The notes: generated from the sequence alone by a model not told the origin. A stretch of 64,000 bases of DNA from an uncultured cyanobacterium (GCA_963766075.1 CAVYAN010000010.1:45611-109610); one strand, 5' to 3'. Positions 43,799-53,521 are shown, numbered from the stretch's first letter. Translations and numbers: made by a program.

Positions 43799-44758
43799 AT
43801 GACTCAAGTAACATGCTTAGAAATCTGTGCTGGCGCTGGTGGTCAAGCCTTAGGGCTAGAGCAGGTAGGCTTCGAGCCTCAAGCACTTGTGGAGATTGAT
43901 GGAGCTTGTTGTAACACTCTCAGATTTAATAGACCTCAGTGGAATGTCATAGAAGGCGATCTGAGAGACTTTGAGTGTAAATCATTTGAAGGAATTGATT
44001 TGTTAGCTGGAGGTGTGCCTTGTCCTCCATTTTCAAAAGCAGGAAAGCAGTTGGGAAAAGAAGATGAGCGCGACCTTTTCCCCGAAGCCTTGCGTTTAGT
44101 AGATGAATGCAGACCTCGTGCTGTCATGTTAGAAAACGTGCGAGGATTTTTAGATGCTGTCTTTGAAGATTATCGAGGTAATCTCAAACGGCAACTTGAA
44201 AAGATGGGATATGTAACTGATTGGAGGTTATTAAATGCTTCTGATTTTGGGGTGTCACAGCTTAGACCCCGTGTTGTCATCATAGCTATACGCAAAGACT
44301 TATCAGAAAATTTTTTATGGCCAAAGGCTTATGGGCAAAATCCAGCAACTGTTGGGACACTTTTATATGATCAAATGGCATCAAGAGGATGGAGAGGTGC
44401 TAAGAAATGGAAACAACAAGCCGATGATATTGCACCCACAATTGTTGGGGGGTCTAAGAAACATGGCGGCCCCGATTTAGGTCCTACTCGTGCTAAGCGA
44501 GCTTGGGCAAGCTTAGGGGTAGATGGAATGGGCATAGCTAATGAGCCACCTGACAAAGACTTCTTGGGGATGCCCAAACTAACAGTTGAAATGGTTGCTA
44601 GGATACAAGGCTTTCCCGATAATTGGCATTTCACAGGCAAGAAAACCCCTGCATACCGTCAAGTTGGTAATGCATTTCCTCCGCCCGTTGCTCAAGCTGT
44701 GGCAAGAGAGGTTTATAGCTGCTTGACTCATAGGAAAATATTTGCAGTTGCCAGTTAA
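43799..44758 (+). CDS. C5-cytosine DNA methyltransferase, M.NgoMIV/M.NaeI-like
   Basis: EICAGAGG, GGVPCPPFS, ENV, QLRPR, RQVGNA; target-recognition segment APTIVGGSKKHGGPDLGPTR recalled from GCCGGC methylases. Confidence 0.92.
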   Translation: MTQVTCLEICAGAGGQALGLEQVGFEPQALVEIDGACCNTLRFNRPQWNVIEGDLRDFECKSFEGIDLLAGGVPCPPFSKAGKQLGKEDERDLFPEALRLVDECRPRAVMLENVRGFLDAVFEDYRGNLKRQLEKMGYVTDWRLLNASDFGVSQLRPRVVIIAIRKDLSENFLWPKAYGQNPATVGTLLYDQMASRGWRGAKKWKQQADDIAPTIVGGSKKHGGPDLGPTRAKRAWASLGVDGMGIANEPPDKDFLGMPKLTVEMVARIQGFPDNWHFTGKKTPAYRQVGNAFPPPVAQAVAREVYSCLTHRKIFAVAS

Positions 44759-44769
44759 ATGGTTATCTT

Positions 44770-45366
44770 ATGTCAGAAAAGAAAGGCGCAAGAGCAAAAC
44801 TCAGAGAACACTTTCTGAATAACATCGGGAGGGTTATGGATTCTGATGAGCTTAGAGAAGTAGCAGGAGGTATTACGGAATGGGCAAGACGAGTAAGAGA
44901 ACTGCGCTCCGAAGAAGGATATCAAATTCAAACACACAACGACAGAGGCGATTTAAAGCCTGGTCAATACATCCTTGAAGATCCCAAGCCAATTCCTGCT
45001 TTTGAAAGAGCAATATCTAAGGAAACACGAGCGTATGTTCTCGACAGAAATGGATTTACTTGTCAGACGTGTGGTGCTGTAGCTGGAGAGCCCCATCCCT
45101 ATGACCTTACGAGAAAAACTCGACTGCATATTGGTCACATAGTGGATAAATCTCAAGGAGGTACTGACGACCCATCAAATCTTCGTGCAATTTGCTCTGT
45201 GTGCAACGAAGGAGCCTCAAATTTAACTCTGGAAAGACCATCAAACTTAAAACTTTTAGCACAGGTCAGGCGGGCGAAAGGTAGCGATCAAGTTGAACTG
45301 CTTAAGTGGCTTGTTCGGAAGTATCCAAAACAGACTGAGGAGTTCTTGGATGAGAAAAACACCTAA
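44770..45366 (+). CDS. HNH endonuclease, probable cognate type II restriction enzyme (KpnI-like architecture)
   Basis: FLNNIGRV..WARRVRELR N-domain; CQTCG..HIGHI..GG...NLRAICSVCN zinc/HNH core. Confidence 0.85.
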   Translation: MSEKKGARAKLREHFLNNIGRVMDSDELREVAGGITEWARRVRELRSEEGYQIQTHNDRGDLKPGQYILEDPKPIPAFERAISKETRAYVLDRNGFTCQTCGAVAGEPHPYDLTRKTRLHIGHIVDKSQGGTDDPSNLRAICSVCNEGASNLTLERPSNLKLLAQVRRAKGSDQVELLKWLVRKYPKQTEEFLDEKNT

Positions 45367-45450
45367 CATAATCCCGTTGCACACCGACCGTATGGAGTTG
45401 GTTGGTTGATTCGAAAGGTCACTAGCGGCGGGTGAAGCGGGACGTTATGT
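45361..45450 (+). mobile_element. Integron attC site
   Basis: R'' ACCTAAC overlaps the HNH stop codon; imperfect stem cccgttgcacaccgaccg / cggcgggtgaagcggg with extrahelical bases; R' GTTATGT. Confidence 0.8.
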
Positions 45451-45468
45451 AGCTTCAACTTCATTTTA

Positions 45469-45565
45469 GTCAGGTGAATATCAAAGTGCGAGATCGCATC
45501 ATTATCAGCATCCTCCCAGATGGCTTCCATCAACACATCGATGATCTAAAAACCATGCGATCAGG
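45469..45565 (+). pseudogene. Duplicated 3' end of hlyD
   Basis: 45474-45563 aligns to 41121-41210 with 9 mismatches in 90 nt; stop TAA has become TCA. Confidence 0.92.
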
Positions 45566-45639
45566 GGAGTGAACCTCCTGAGACACGACATTAGGAAACT
45601 TGCCATGGGAAAACAAAGCAGCCCTGTTCCACAACCCTT

Positions 45640-45962
45640 TGCATCAGGTCATAAAACGAACAGTAGCGCAACGCTCCCGGCAGTTTATTGCCAAAGTGCC
45701 ACGCCTCCCATTCTCCATCTTCAAAAACAACATCAGGAATGAAAAATTAATGGAGAAAATGTCGCATTCCAGTCAGCACCAGCACCACACCTAATTCATT
45801 CGCCGCCTTAATGGAATCCTGATCCCGCACACTCCCACCGGGCTGAGCGATCGCCACAATCCCCGCCGCCGCCGTCCGCACCGAATCATCAAACGGGAAA
45901 AATCCATCACTCGCCAAAACCGCGCCCTGCGACTGGATCCCGCCTGCTCTAAAGCAATTTTT
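45640..45962 (-). pseudogene. Duplicated 3' end of purH plus ~107 bp of downstream DNA
   Basis: Aligns to 48435-48760 with scattered substitutions and small indels. Confidence 0.92.
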
Positions 45963-46170
45963 GTAATCCTTTTGTGGAAGCTCCTGCTTCCTAACCTTTT
46001 GGGAAGCAAGAGCTTCCTGGTTAGCATTACCAAGCAGAGCTTACTAACGAGCTTTTTTCTTCGCCCTTGGGCCAATCATGCCGGGGCGATCGTCGTCATA
46101 GGAAGGGGCGATCGCAAGAGAAAAAGAATAGACTTAAGGGATAAAGATAATGACAGCTTCGAGGTTGTCA

Positions 46171-46479
46171 ATGAAAACACCAGAAACCCTCAAAATTGAA
46201 GCAGTTCTTCATGAGCAGCGCGATCGCATTCTAGAGCTTGCCCTTCAACACGGCGCTAGAAACGTGCGGCTCTTTGGGTCCGTCGTAAGAGGAGAAGCCC
46301 AGCCCAATAGCGATATTGACTTATTGGTCGATTTGGGCGGACCCTTAAGTCCCTGGTTCCCCGTCGGGCTGATTCAGGATTTAGAAGCATTACTCGGGCA
46401 CAAAGTGGATGTGGTCACTGAAAAGTCCCTACACTATTTCATCCGCGATCGCATCTTAAAGGAAGCGCGATCGCTATGA
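46171..46479 (+). CDS. Minimal nucleotidyltransferase (MntA-type antitoxin)
   Basis: LFGSVVRGE...SDIDLLVD, KVDVV. Confidence 0.9.
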   Translation: MKTPETLKIEAVLHEQRDRILELALQHGARNVRLFGSVVRGEAQPNSDIDLLVDLGGPLSPWFPVGLIQDLEALLGHKVDVVTEKSLHYFIRDRILKEARSL

Positions 46480-46808
46480 AAGACAATCGTGTTTATCTGA
46501 TTCACATTAGAGACTGTATTCAACGTATCGAAACTTACACGGCTGAAGGAAAAACAGCCTTTTTTGCCGATCTGAAAACTCAGGATGCGGTGATCCGAAA
46601 TCTGCAAACGCTATGTGAGTCAGCCCAACGACTGCCCGATGCGTGGAAAGCGATCCGCCCCGAAATTGACTGGAGAACAATTGGCGATTTTCGCAACGTC
46701 CTAGCCCACCAATATTTAGACATCGACCTTGATATTGTCTGGAATGTGGTGGAGAACTATCTGCCAGATTTAAAGCAAGCGATAGAAGCGATTTTCCAGC
46801 AGGTTTAG
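46476..46808 (+). CDS. HEPN/DUF86 (HepT-type) RNase toxin
   Basis: QDAVIRNL, RNVLAH(QY) Rx4H motif; 4-nt overlap with the MNT gene. Confidence 0.9.
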   Translation: MKDNRVYLIHIRDCIQRIETYTAEGKTAFFADLKTQDAVIRNLQTLCESAQRLPDAWKAIRPEIDWRTIGDFRNVLAHQYLDIDLDIVWNVVENYLPDLKQAIEAIFQQV

Positions 46809-47143
46809 ACTGAAAAGCCAGAAACTGGGGTTCTCGCAAAGAGGTTGGGCGGTGGCGCAGCCTGTGCAGAGCACTTATCGCCGTGACTCCTGGCAGAACC
46901 CCGGTTTCTCAAACCCCGGCGATCGCCCTTGAGCCAATCATGCCGGGGCGATCGCCGCAATGGGAAAGGCCGATCGCGCCAATCCCTGCTAGAACCCCAT
47001 TTTCTCGAATTCCCGAGATCGCCTTTAAGTTGTTTCTGTGCAAGAGTTGATGGAAGCGGCAAAAAAAGCGGCAAAATTTGCTGGCTGAAAGTCTATCTCC
47101 TAGAATGGGAGAATGTTTCAGCGTATTCCTGATCGGCAAAGAT

Positions 47144-48325
47144 ATGGTAGATTCGGCGATTCCCTATCGACAATACGAGCCAAGCCTTCTCAAACCTGTC
47201 TATCCCCAAAGAACCAGACACTTAGAAGACTTAGCGGTACTCCTTGCTGGAAAAGCGGGTCAACTCACTCAGGGACTCCATCCGATCGTGGTTCGATCGC
47301 TCGGTGCATTGGTGCGATCGATGAACTGCTATTACAGCAATCTGATTGAAGGACATCGCACCCGTCCCATCAATATCGAACGGGCCCTATTACAAGATTT
47401 CTCTAGCGATCCAGAGCAACGCAATTTGCAACTCGAAGCGAAGGCACACATTGAGGTGCAAACGCTGTTGGATTTTGACCCTGCTTGGCAAGTTCTCGAT
47501 GTCGTGAGTCCAGAATTCATCCAACAGGTCCATCGGGAGTTTTATCAACGATTGCCAGACGTGTTTTGGCAACTCGATCAAGTAGCAGTTCAGCCTGGAG
47601 AGTGGCGCACAACGAACGTGCAGATTGGTCGTCACATCCCGCCCCCCCCAGAGACGCTAACCGTTTTTCTCGCCCGCTTCGCCCAAGTCTATCAACCGGA
47701 TCGACTCTCTAAAATAGACCAAATTCTTGCAGCCGCAGCATCTCATCATCGATTTGTCTGGATTCACCCCTTTCTAGATGGCAATGGTCGTGTGGTGCGG
47801 CTCTTCTCCCATGCCTATTTTCAGCGTGTTGGGGTTGGAAATAGCCTGTGGTCAGTTTCACGGGGGTTAGCGCGACAAATGCAAGAGTATCGATCGCGTT
47901 TAGCTCAAGCCGATCAACAACGACACAACGACTACGATGGGCGAGGCAACCTAAGCATGGCAGCCTTAGTCAGCTTTTGTGAGTTTTTTTTGGAGACTTG
48001 CATCGACCAGATTGATTTCATGATGAAACTTTTGGAACCGACGCAACTGTTAGCTCGGATTGAGGCGAATACCGCGATCGCGGTTCAGCAGAAATCTCTG
48101 CTACCGGGTAGCTTTGCGTTGCTAAAGGCAGCTTTTTGGGAAGGAGAAGTGGCACGAGGGCAGGCAGCAGCGATTACTGGCTATCAAGAAAGACAGGCGC
48201 GATCAGTATTGAAACGCCTACTGGATCAGGGGTTGCTAGTAGCAGACTCTCCAAAAAGTGCGGTTCGATTGGGATTTCCAACCGTCGCAGCAGAGCAATG
48301 GCTCCCGCGTCTATGGATTGATTAA
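47144..48325 (+). CDS. Fic-domain protein with C-terminal HTH-like region
   Basis: SNLIEG and HPFLDGNGRVVR Fic motif. Confidence 0.92.
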   Translation: MVDSAIPYRQYEPSLLKPVYPQRTRHLEDLAVLLAGKAGQLTQGLHPIVVRSLGALVRSMNCYYSNLIEGHRTRPINIERALLQDFSSDPEQRNLQLEAKAHIEVQTLLDFDPAWQVLDVVSPEFIQQVHREFYQRLPDVFWQLDQVAVQPGEWRTTNVQIGRHIPPPPETLTVFLARFAQVYQPDRLSKIDQILAAAASHHRFVWIHPFLDGNGRVVRLFSHAYFQRVGVGNSLWSVSRGLARQMQEYRSRLAQADQQRHNDYDGRGNLSMAALVSFCEFFLETCIDQIDFMMKLLEPTQLLARIEANTAIAVQQKSLLPGSFALLKAAFWEGEVARGQAAAITGYQERQARSVLKRLLDQGLLVADSPKSAVRLGFPTVAAEQWLPRLWID

Positions 48326-48541
48326 GGCTTTGAGCCAATCATGCCGGGGCGATCGCGCTGGAACCACGAAAGGCACGATGTAGTCAGCGCGATCGCCATC
48401 CGCTAAACTAAAGGCATAGGCTCGCTTGCGTCGATGCATCAGGTCATAAAACCAATGGCAGCGCAACGCTCCCGGCAGTTTATTGCCAAAGTGCCACGCC
48501 TCCCATTCTCCATCTTCAAAAACAACATCCGGAATGAAAAA

Positions 48542-50113
48542 TTAATGGAGAAAATGTCGCATTCCGGTCAGTACCATCACCACACCTAACTCATTCGCCG
48601 CCTTAATGGAATCCTGATCCCGCACACTCCCACCGGGCTGAGCGATCGCCACAATTCCCGCCGCCGCCGCCGTCCGCACCGAATCATCAAACGGGAAAAA
48701 ACCATCACTCGCCAAAACCGCGCCCCGCGCCTGGGATCCCGCCTGCTCTAAAGCAATTTTGGCAGACCCCACCCGATTCATCTGACCGGCCCCCACCCCC
48801 ACCGTAGCGCCATCCTTGGCCACCACGATCGCATTCGACTTCACATGCTTGCAAATCTTCCAGGCAAACAGCAACTCCGCCAACTGGTCCGCCGTCGGCT
48901 GCACCTCAGTCACAATTTGCCAATCTGGCACCGGCGTCAGCAGCCGATCCGCCGCCTGCACCAAAAATCCCCCCGCAATATCCTTCACCAAATACGGACT
49001 TCCCCCACCCAAATCCGGCAAAATCAACACCCGCAAATTGCCCTTTTTCTGGAGGATTGCTGCCGCCTCCGGATCACAGCCCGGAGCCACCACACATTCC
49101 AAAAACAACTGTGTCAGCGCCTCAGCGGTAGGCACATCAATCGCCCGATTCAACGCCACAATTCCCCCAAAGGCCGACGTCGCATCCGCCTGCACCGCCT
49201 TTTGGTAAGCCTCAAAAATTGTGCCTCCCAGGGCCGAACCGCAGGGATTATTGTGCTTAATAATCGTCGCCGCCGGTCCACTATCCGCATCCGCAAATTC
49301 CGCAATAATCGCCCGCGCCGCCTCCAGATCCACCAAATTGTTATAGCTCAGCTCCTTGCCCTGCAACTTCTGAGCCGCCGCCCACCCCGTGGGTGTCGCC
49401 CCAGTCTGATACCAGGCCGCCGCTTGGTGCGGATTTTCGCCGTAGCGCAACGCTTGGATCCGGCTTCCCGTTACATCAAAGGTCACCGGGAGCACCGCTG
49501 TCTCCGCAGTACCGGAATTCGCTAAAGCCTGAGTTTCAAGGTACTGAGCGATCGCCCGATCATAATTTCCCGTATGCTGAAACGTCGCCAGAGCACAAGC
49601 CTGCCGAAAGGCCAGAGACACCTCCCCATTGGACTTGCGCCACTCCTGAAGATACTCGTCATACTGCGCCGGATTGCACAACACCGTCAAATGGGCAAAA
49701 TTCTTGGCAGAGGCTCGCAACATCGCCGGCCCCCCAATATCAATCTGCTCGATCGCCGCCGCCAAGGTCACCCCCGGTTGGGCGATCGTCTGTTCAAAGG
49801 GGTAAAGATTCACCACCACCAAATCAATCGGTCGAATCTGATTAACCTCTAAATCCGTCACATCCTGAGGCACATCCCGCCGCGCCAAAATGCCACCATG
49901 GATTTTAGGATGCAGCGTCTTCACCCGCCCCCCCAAAATTTCCGGCGATCCCGTGTAGTCCGACACCTTCGTCACGGGCAAACCCGCCGCCTTCAGCGCC
50001 TGAGCCGTACCCCCACTACTCACAATGTCAAACCCAAACTCGTCCACCAAACAGCGGGCAAACTCGATTAGCCCAGTTTTATCGGATACACTCAACAGTG
50101 CCAGCCGTGCCAT
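48542..50113 (-). CDS. purH: Bifunctional AICAR transformylase/IMP cyclohydrolase
   Basis: ALLSVSDKTG, GRVKTLHP, IDIGGP, LRYGENPHQ, KHVKSNAI, MRHFLH. Confidence 0.97.
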   Translation of the reverse strand: MARLALLSVSDKTGLIEFARCLVDEFGFDIVSSGGTAQALKAAGLPVTKVSDYTGSPEILGGRVKTLHPKIHGGILARRDVPQDVTDLEVNQIRPIDLVVVNLYPFEQTIAQPGVTLAAAIEQIDIGGPAMLRASAKNFAHLTVLCNPAQYDEYLQEWRKSNGEVSLAFRQACALATFQHTGNYDRAIAQYLETQALANSGTAETAVLPVTFDVTGSRIQALRYGENPHQAAAWYQTGATPTGWAAAQKLQGKELSYNNLVDLEAARAIIAEFADADSGPAATIIKHNNPCGSALGGTIFEAYQKAVQADATSAFGGIVALNRAIDVPTAEALTQLFLECVVAPGCDPEAAAILQKKGNLRVLILPDLGGGSPYLVKDIAGGFLVQAADRLLTPVPDWQIVTEVQPTADQLAELLFAWKICKHVKSNAIVVAKDGATVGVGAGQMNRVGSAKIALEQAGSQARGAVLASDGFFPFDDSVRTAAAAGIVAIAQPGGSVRDQDSIKAANELGVVMVLTGMRHFLH

Positions 50114-50340
50114 AGATGTCTTGACCCACAATTCGCATTACACAGATTCAATAGGGTACAGGGTTCTGGGGGCAGAGCATAGAACCCTGAGCAAGTTTTA
50201 AGTTTTGGCTTAAGTTTTGGCTGCGGTTTGGGATTAGGGACTTCCAAATAAATCATCATCCCAACCCCGCCATTCAGGATATCAGTGGCCAATTCAAGAG
50301 AAAAATACCTTTGGACATTCATTGGCGATCGCTCGGACCT

Positions 50341-50526
50341 GCGCCGGACTAGAAGTCGGCGCTCTTAGAGCGAAGTCCACTAGAAGTGGACTGTAAGATC
50401 CGAGGCTTTGCGTTCCATCCGATCCACTGGACTGAGCCAGCGGACTCTTGGTGCGTAGCTATCGCACACTCCCCAGTCAGTTTCTAACTGACTTCGCCGT
50501 GAGAGCGCCGAATTTCATTCCGGCGC
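50341..50526. repeat. Nested-palindrome (REPIN/MITE-like) element
   Basis: 37-bp imperfect arms gcgccggactagaagtcggcgctc..aagtc and gacttc..gagcgccgaatttcattccggcgc with internal hairpins; a degraded relative lies at ~8400-8525. Confidence 0.75.
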
Positions 50527-50737
50527 GGAGGATGCGATCGCCGATCACGCTCAAATCGCGCGTCCATTTTCTGGTTCCAATTCGCCACCGGGATCCTTCA
50601 TTCGTGGGGCGGGTGTAACGCTCGGATGGCATGATTATTTATGGGGAAGTGCCTTAGTTTTGGATCCCTCGTTTTTGCTAGGGTATCAAGTGAGCCACCA
50701 GACCAAATACCTGAATTGCGGATACCGGGAACCACCA

Positions 50738-51415
50738 ATGCCTGAATTACTCTCTGCCCTGACCGTCCCACCGGCCTCCGGCACACACCCCACAGGATTA
50801 GTCGTTATGCTCCACGGGTGGGGAGCCAATGCTGAAGATGTCCTCGGCTTAGCCGAATACATGAACCTCCCCACCTGCCAACTGGTATTTCCCAACGCCT
50901 CTCTACCGCATCCCTTTAATCCCGTGGGCAAAATGTGGTATGCGCTGCCCCTAGATGCCACCGGTTTTCCCGATCGCGCCGCCTTCCGGGCCACCGTCAT
51001 GCACAAACGCCCGGATCTCATGACCAGTCGACAGCAACTGACTGACTTTCTCCATACCCTCGCGACAAGCACAGGCATCCCCCTATCCCGCACGATTCTG
51101 GGCGGTTTTTCCCAGGGAGGAGCCATGGCTCTAGATGTGGGATTACAACTCCCTCTAGCAGGAGTAGTTAGTTTAAGCGGCTATCTCCATGCCCCCATCG
51201 CCCCCGCCCCTGCCCTGCCGCCGATTTTGCCGCCGATTTTGATGGTCCATGGCCGACAAGATCAGGTGGTGCCACTAACCGCCTCTCATGAAGCCCGCGA
51301 TCGCCTGCAGGCCGCAGGGGCTTCTGTGGAGTACCACGAATTCTCCATGGGCCACGAAATCCAAATCCCGGTTTTGCAAGCTATTCACCGCTTCGTCAAC
51401 CCCCTATTGTCCTAA
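50738..51415 (+). CDS. Phospholipase/carboxylesterase (alpha/beta hydrolase)
   Basis: LHGWGAN, GFSQGG, HGRQDQVVP, MGHEI. Confidence 0.9.
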   Translation: MPELLSALTVPPASGTHPTGLVVMLHGWGANAEDVLGLAEYMNLPTCQLVFPNASLPHPFNPVGKMWYALPLDATGFPDRAAFRATVMHKRPDLMTSRQQLTDFLHTLATSTGIPLSRTILGGFSQGGAMALDVGLQLPLAGVVSLSGYLHAPIAPAPALPPILPPILMVHGRQDQVVPLTASHEARDRLQAAGASVEYHEFSMGHEIQIPVLQAIHRFVNPLLS

Positions 51416-51557
51416 CTTATTACGTTATTTAAAAGATAATTATTGACAAAGAGCAACATAATCCTCTACCCAGGCACCGCCCTGCGCAGTAGAATAGGAA
51501 ATGGGGTAACAGCGGGTAACTCAGTCCGCTGCACGGCAATCGTAGGGGGAAACGAGC

Positions 51558-51770
51558 ATGACCACACTCAGCCTTGAACATTTGGACGCCACCAAGCTGA
51601 CGGAAACCGAGGTTGCCGCTCTAGCCGCACGCTTAGAACAGGACGACTACGACAATATTTTTGATGGCTTACAGGATTGGCACTTGCTCCGGGCGATCGC
51701 CTTCCAATGCCCAGATATGGTGGAGCCGTACCTGCACCTGCTGGATCTTGAAGCCTTCGACGAATCATAA
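51558..51770 (+). CDS. DUF2555 family conserved cyanobacterial protein
   Basis: LAARLEQDDY.NIFDGLQDWHLLRAIAF...VEPYLHLLD. Confidence 0.8.
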   Translation: MTTLSLEHLDATKLTETEVAALAARLEQDDYDNIFDGLQDWHLLRAIAFQCPDMVEPYLHLLDLEAFDES

Positions 51771-51800
51771 TCCGTGCCCCTCAAAGGCCTAATTTTCAGT

Positions 51801-51853
51801 CTTGAAGCCGTTATCTGACCGATAGTCCATTCAGAACGGCTTCAAGGTTTTTC
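51801..51853 (+). terminator. Hairpin terminator
   Basis: cttgaagccgtt...aacggcttcaag followed by gttttt. Confidence 0.65.
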
Positions 51854-52218
51854 ATGGATATATAGCTTTTCACAGATATACCCTGACGAGTATATTTTAT
51901 GGGCATGCTGTGGGCACGCATGCCTGGGTTAACACCCTAGCCCCTCCACTGCATCGCGATCGACAGCAAGCCGCTTCACAGACTGGCGATCGCAATTGTC
52001 CATCTATACGGATCCCGTAATTGTGCTGACGGTACTAGAAATCACCCAGCACAAGCCGCCACAACTCCGTAGATGTGGGGAGTAAATTTTTGCAAAAGGA
52101 GCCTATAGTCGGGAGGAATTACTGACAGCGCAGTTGCGTCAGACCGTCTTCATCCTGGTGCTTGATCGTTCTAAATCGGTCAAGTCCTCAAATTTTAGTT
52201 CCTTCGATTCGTTTCCCC

Positions 52219-53274
52219 ATGACTCCCGAAGCTGGCTCGATGCTAATCGTTGATGATGTCGAAACCAACCGTGATTTATTGGCGCGGCGATTGCAACGCC
52301 ATGGACATCAAGTGACCATGGCTAGCAACGGGCGATCGGCAATCAGCTTACTCCACGCTGCCCCCTTCGACGTGATCCTCTGCGACATTATGATGCCAGA
52401 GATGAACGGCTTTGAGGTTCTGGCATATCTGAAAGCTGATCCCATCCTGCGCTATATTCCCGTGATTATGATTTCGGCCCTGGAGGATACAGACAGCGTC
52501 GTCCGGTGCATTGAACTCGGAGCCGAAGACTACTTGCTTAAGCCCTTTAATCCCATCCTACTCAACGCCAGAATCAATGCCTGCCTAGAAAAGAAACGCC
52601 TCCGTGATCAAGAACGCAGTTGCCTCAGGCAATTACAAGCCGAACAGGAGAAATCCGAACGGTTATTACTCAGCATTTTGCCCGCCCCCGTAGCCAAACA
52701 ACTCAAACAGGGCCACAGCACCATCGCCCAAGACTACGCCGAAGCCAGTGTCCTGTTTGCAGACATTGCAGACTTCACAGAAATCTGCACGCACCGTTCC
52801 GCGATTGAAGTCGTCAACCTATTGAACCAAATTTTTTCCACCTTTGATCAATTAGCAGAACGCCATGGACTGGAGAAAATCAAAACCATTGGCGATGCCT
52901 ACATGCTGGCCAGTGGGGTGCCCCTGCCGCGCGCCGATCATGCCGAGGCGATCGCCAACATGGCCCTAGACATGCAAGAAGCGATCGAAAAGTTCAACCA
53001 CAGCAGCGGCGAATCCCTAGCCCTGCGGATTGGCATTAGTACAGGTCCAGTAGTCGCGGGTGTAATTGGCACCCGCAAGTTTGCCTATGATCTTTGGGGC
53101 GACACCGTCAACACTGCCAGTCGGATGGAATCCCACGGTATTCCTGGCTGTATTCAAGTCACGGCAGGGACCTATCACCATTTACAACACCGCTACCACT
53201 TGGAAGCCCGCGGCAGGATTCCCGTTAAAGGCAAGGGCAGCATGGTGACTTATTGGCTAAAGCACAAAAGTTAA
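52219..53274 (+). CDS. Receiver-domain class III adenylate/guanylate cyclase
   Basis: LIVDD..CDIMMP REC; VLFADIADFT, KIKTIGDAYM, YDLWGDTVNTASRMES. Confidence 0.92.
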   Translation: MTPEAGSMLIVDDVETNRDLLARRLQRHGHQVTMASNGRSAISLLHAAPFDVILCDIMMPEMNGFEVLAYLKADPILRYIPVIMISALEDTDSVVRCIELGAEDYLLKPFNPILLNARINACLEKKRLRDQERSCLRQLQAEQEKSERLLLSILPAPVAKQLKQGHSTIAQDYAEASVLFADIADFTEICTHRSAIEVVNLLNQIFSTFDQLAERHGLEKIKTIGDAYMLASGVPLPRADHAEAIANMALDMQEAIEKFNHSSGESLALRIGISTGPVVAGVIGTRKFAYDLWGDTVNTASRMESHGIPGCIQVTAGTYHHLQHRYHLEARGRIPVKGKGSMVTYWLKHKS

Positions 53275-53287
53275 AGCGCAAAAGTCA

Positions 53288-53505
53288 AAGCGATTTCCAG
53301 CAGATATGTAGACCTTCTGGGATATAGACCTGCTACCTACCCTGCGGGAAGCCGTCTACGCTCCACTCCGCCAGCGAGAAATTGCTCCCTGAGCGTAGTC
53401 GAAGGGAGGCCAAGTCGAAGAGAGCCAAGTCGAAGGGAGCCAAGTCGAAGGGAGCCAAGTCGAAGAGAACAATCTCGGTCACTATAATTTTCCGGGAAAT
53501 CGCCT
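53288..53505. mobile_element. MITE with ISAzo13-like ends carrying a short dispersed repeat and a 15-bp tandem array
   Basis: aagcgatttcc and ggaaatcgcct ends; internal (gccaagtcgaagRga) x4. Confidence 0.6.
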
Positions 53506-53521
53506 AAGTTGCGAAAAACCC

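Noticed and set aside
45600..46199. Short ORFs 45600-45794, 45791-46075 and 45972-46199
   Set aside because: They overlap the purH duplicate and a dispersed repeat; no coherent protein motifs
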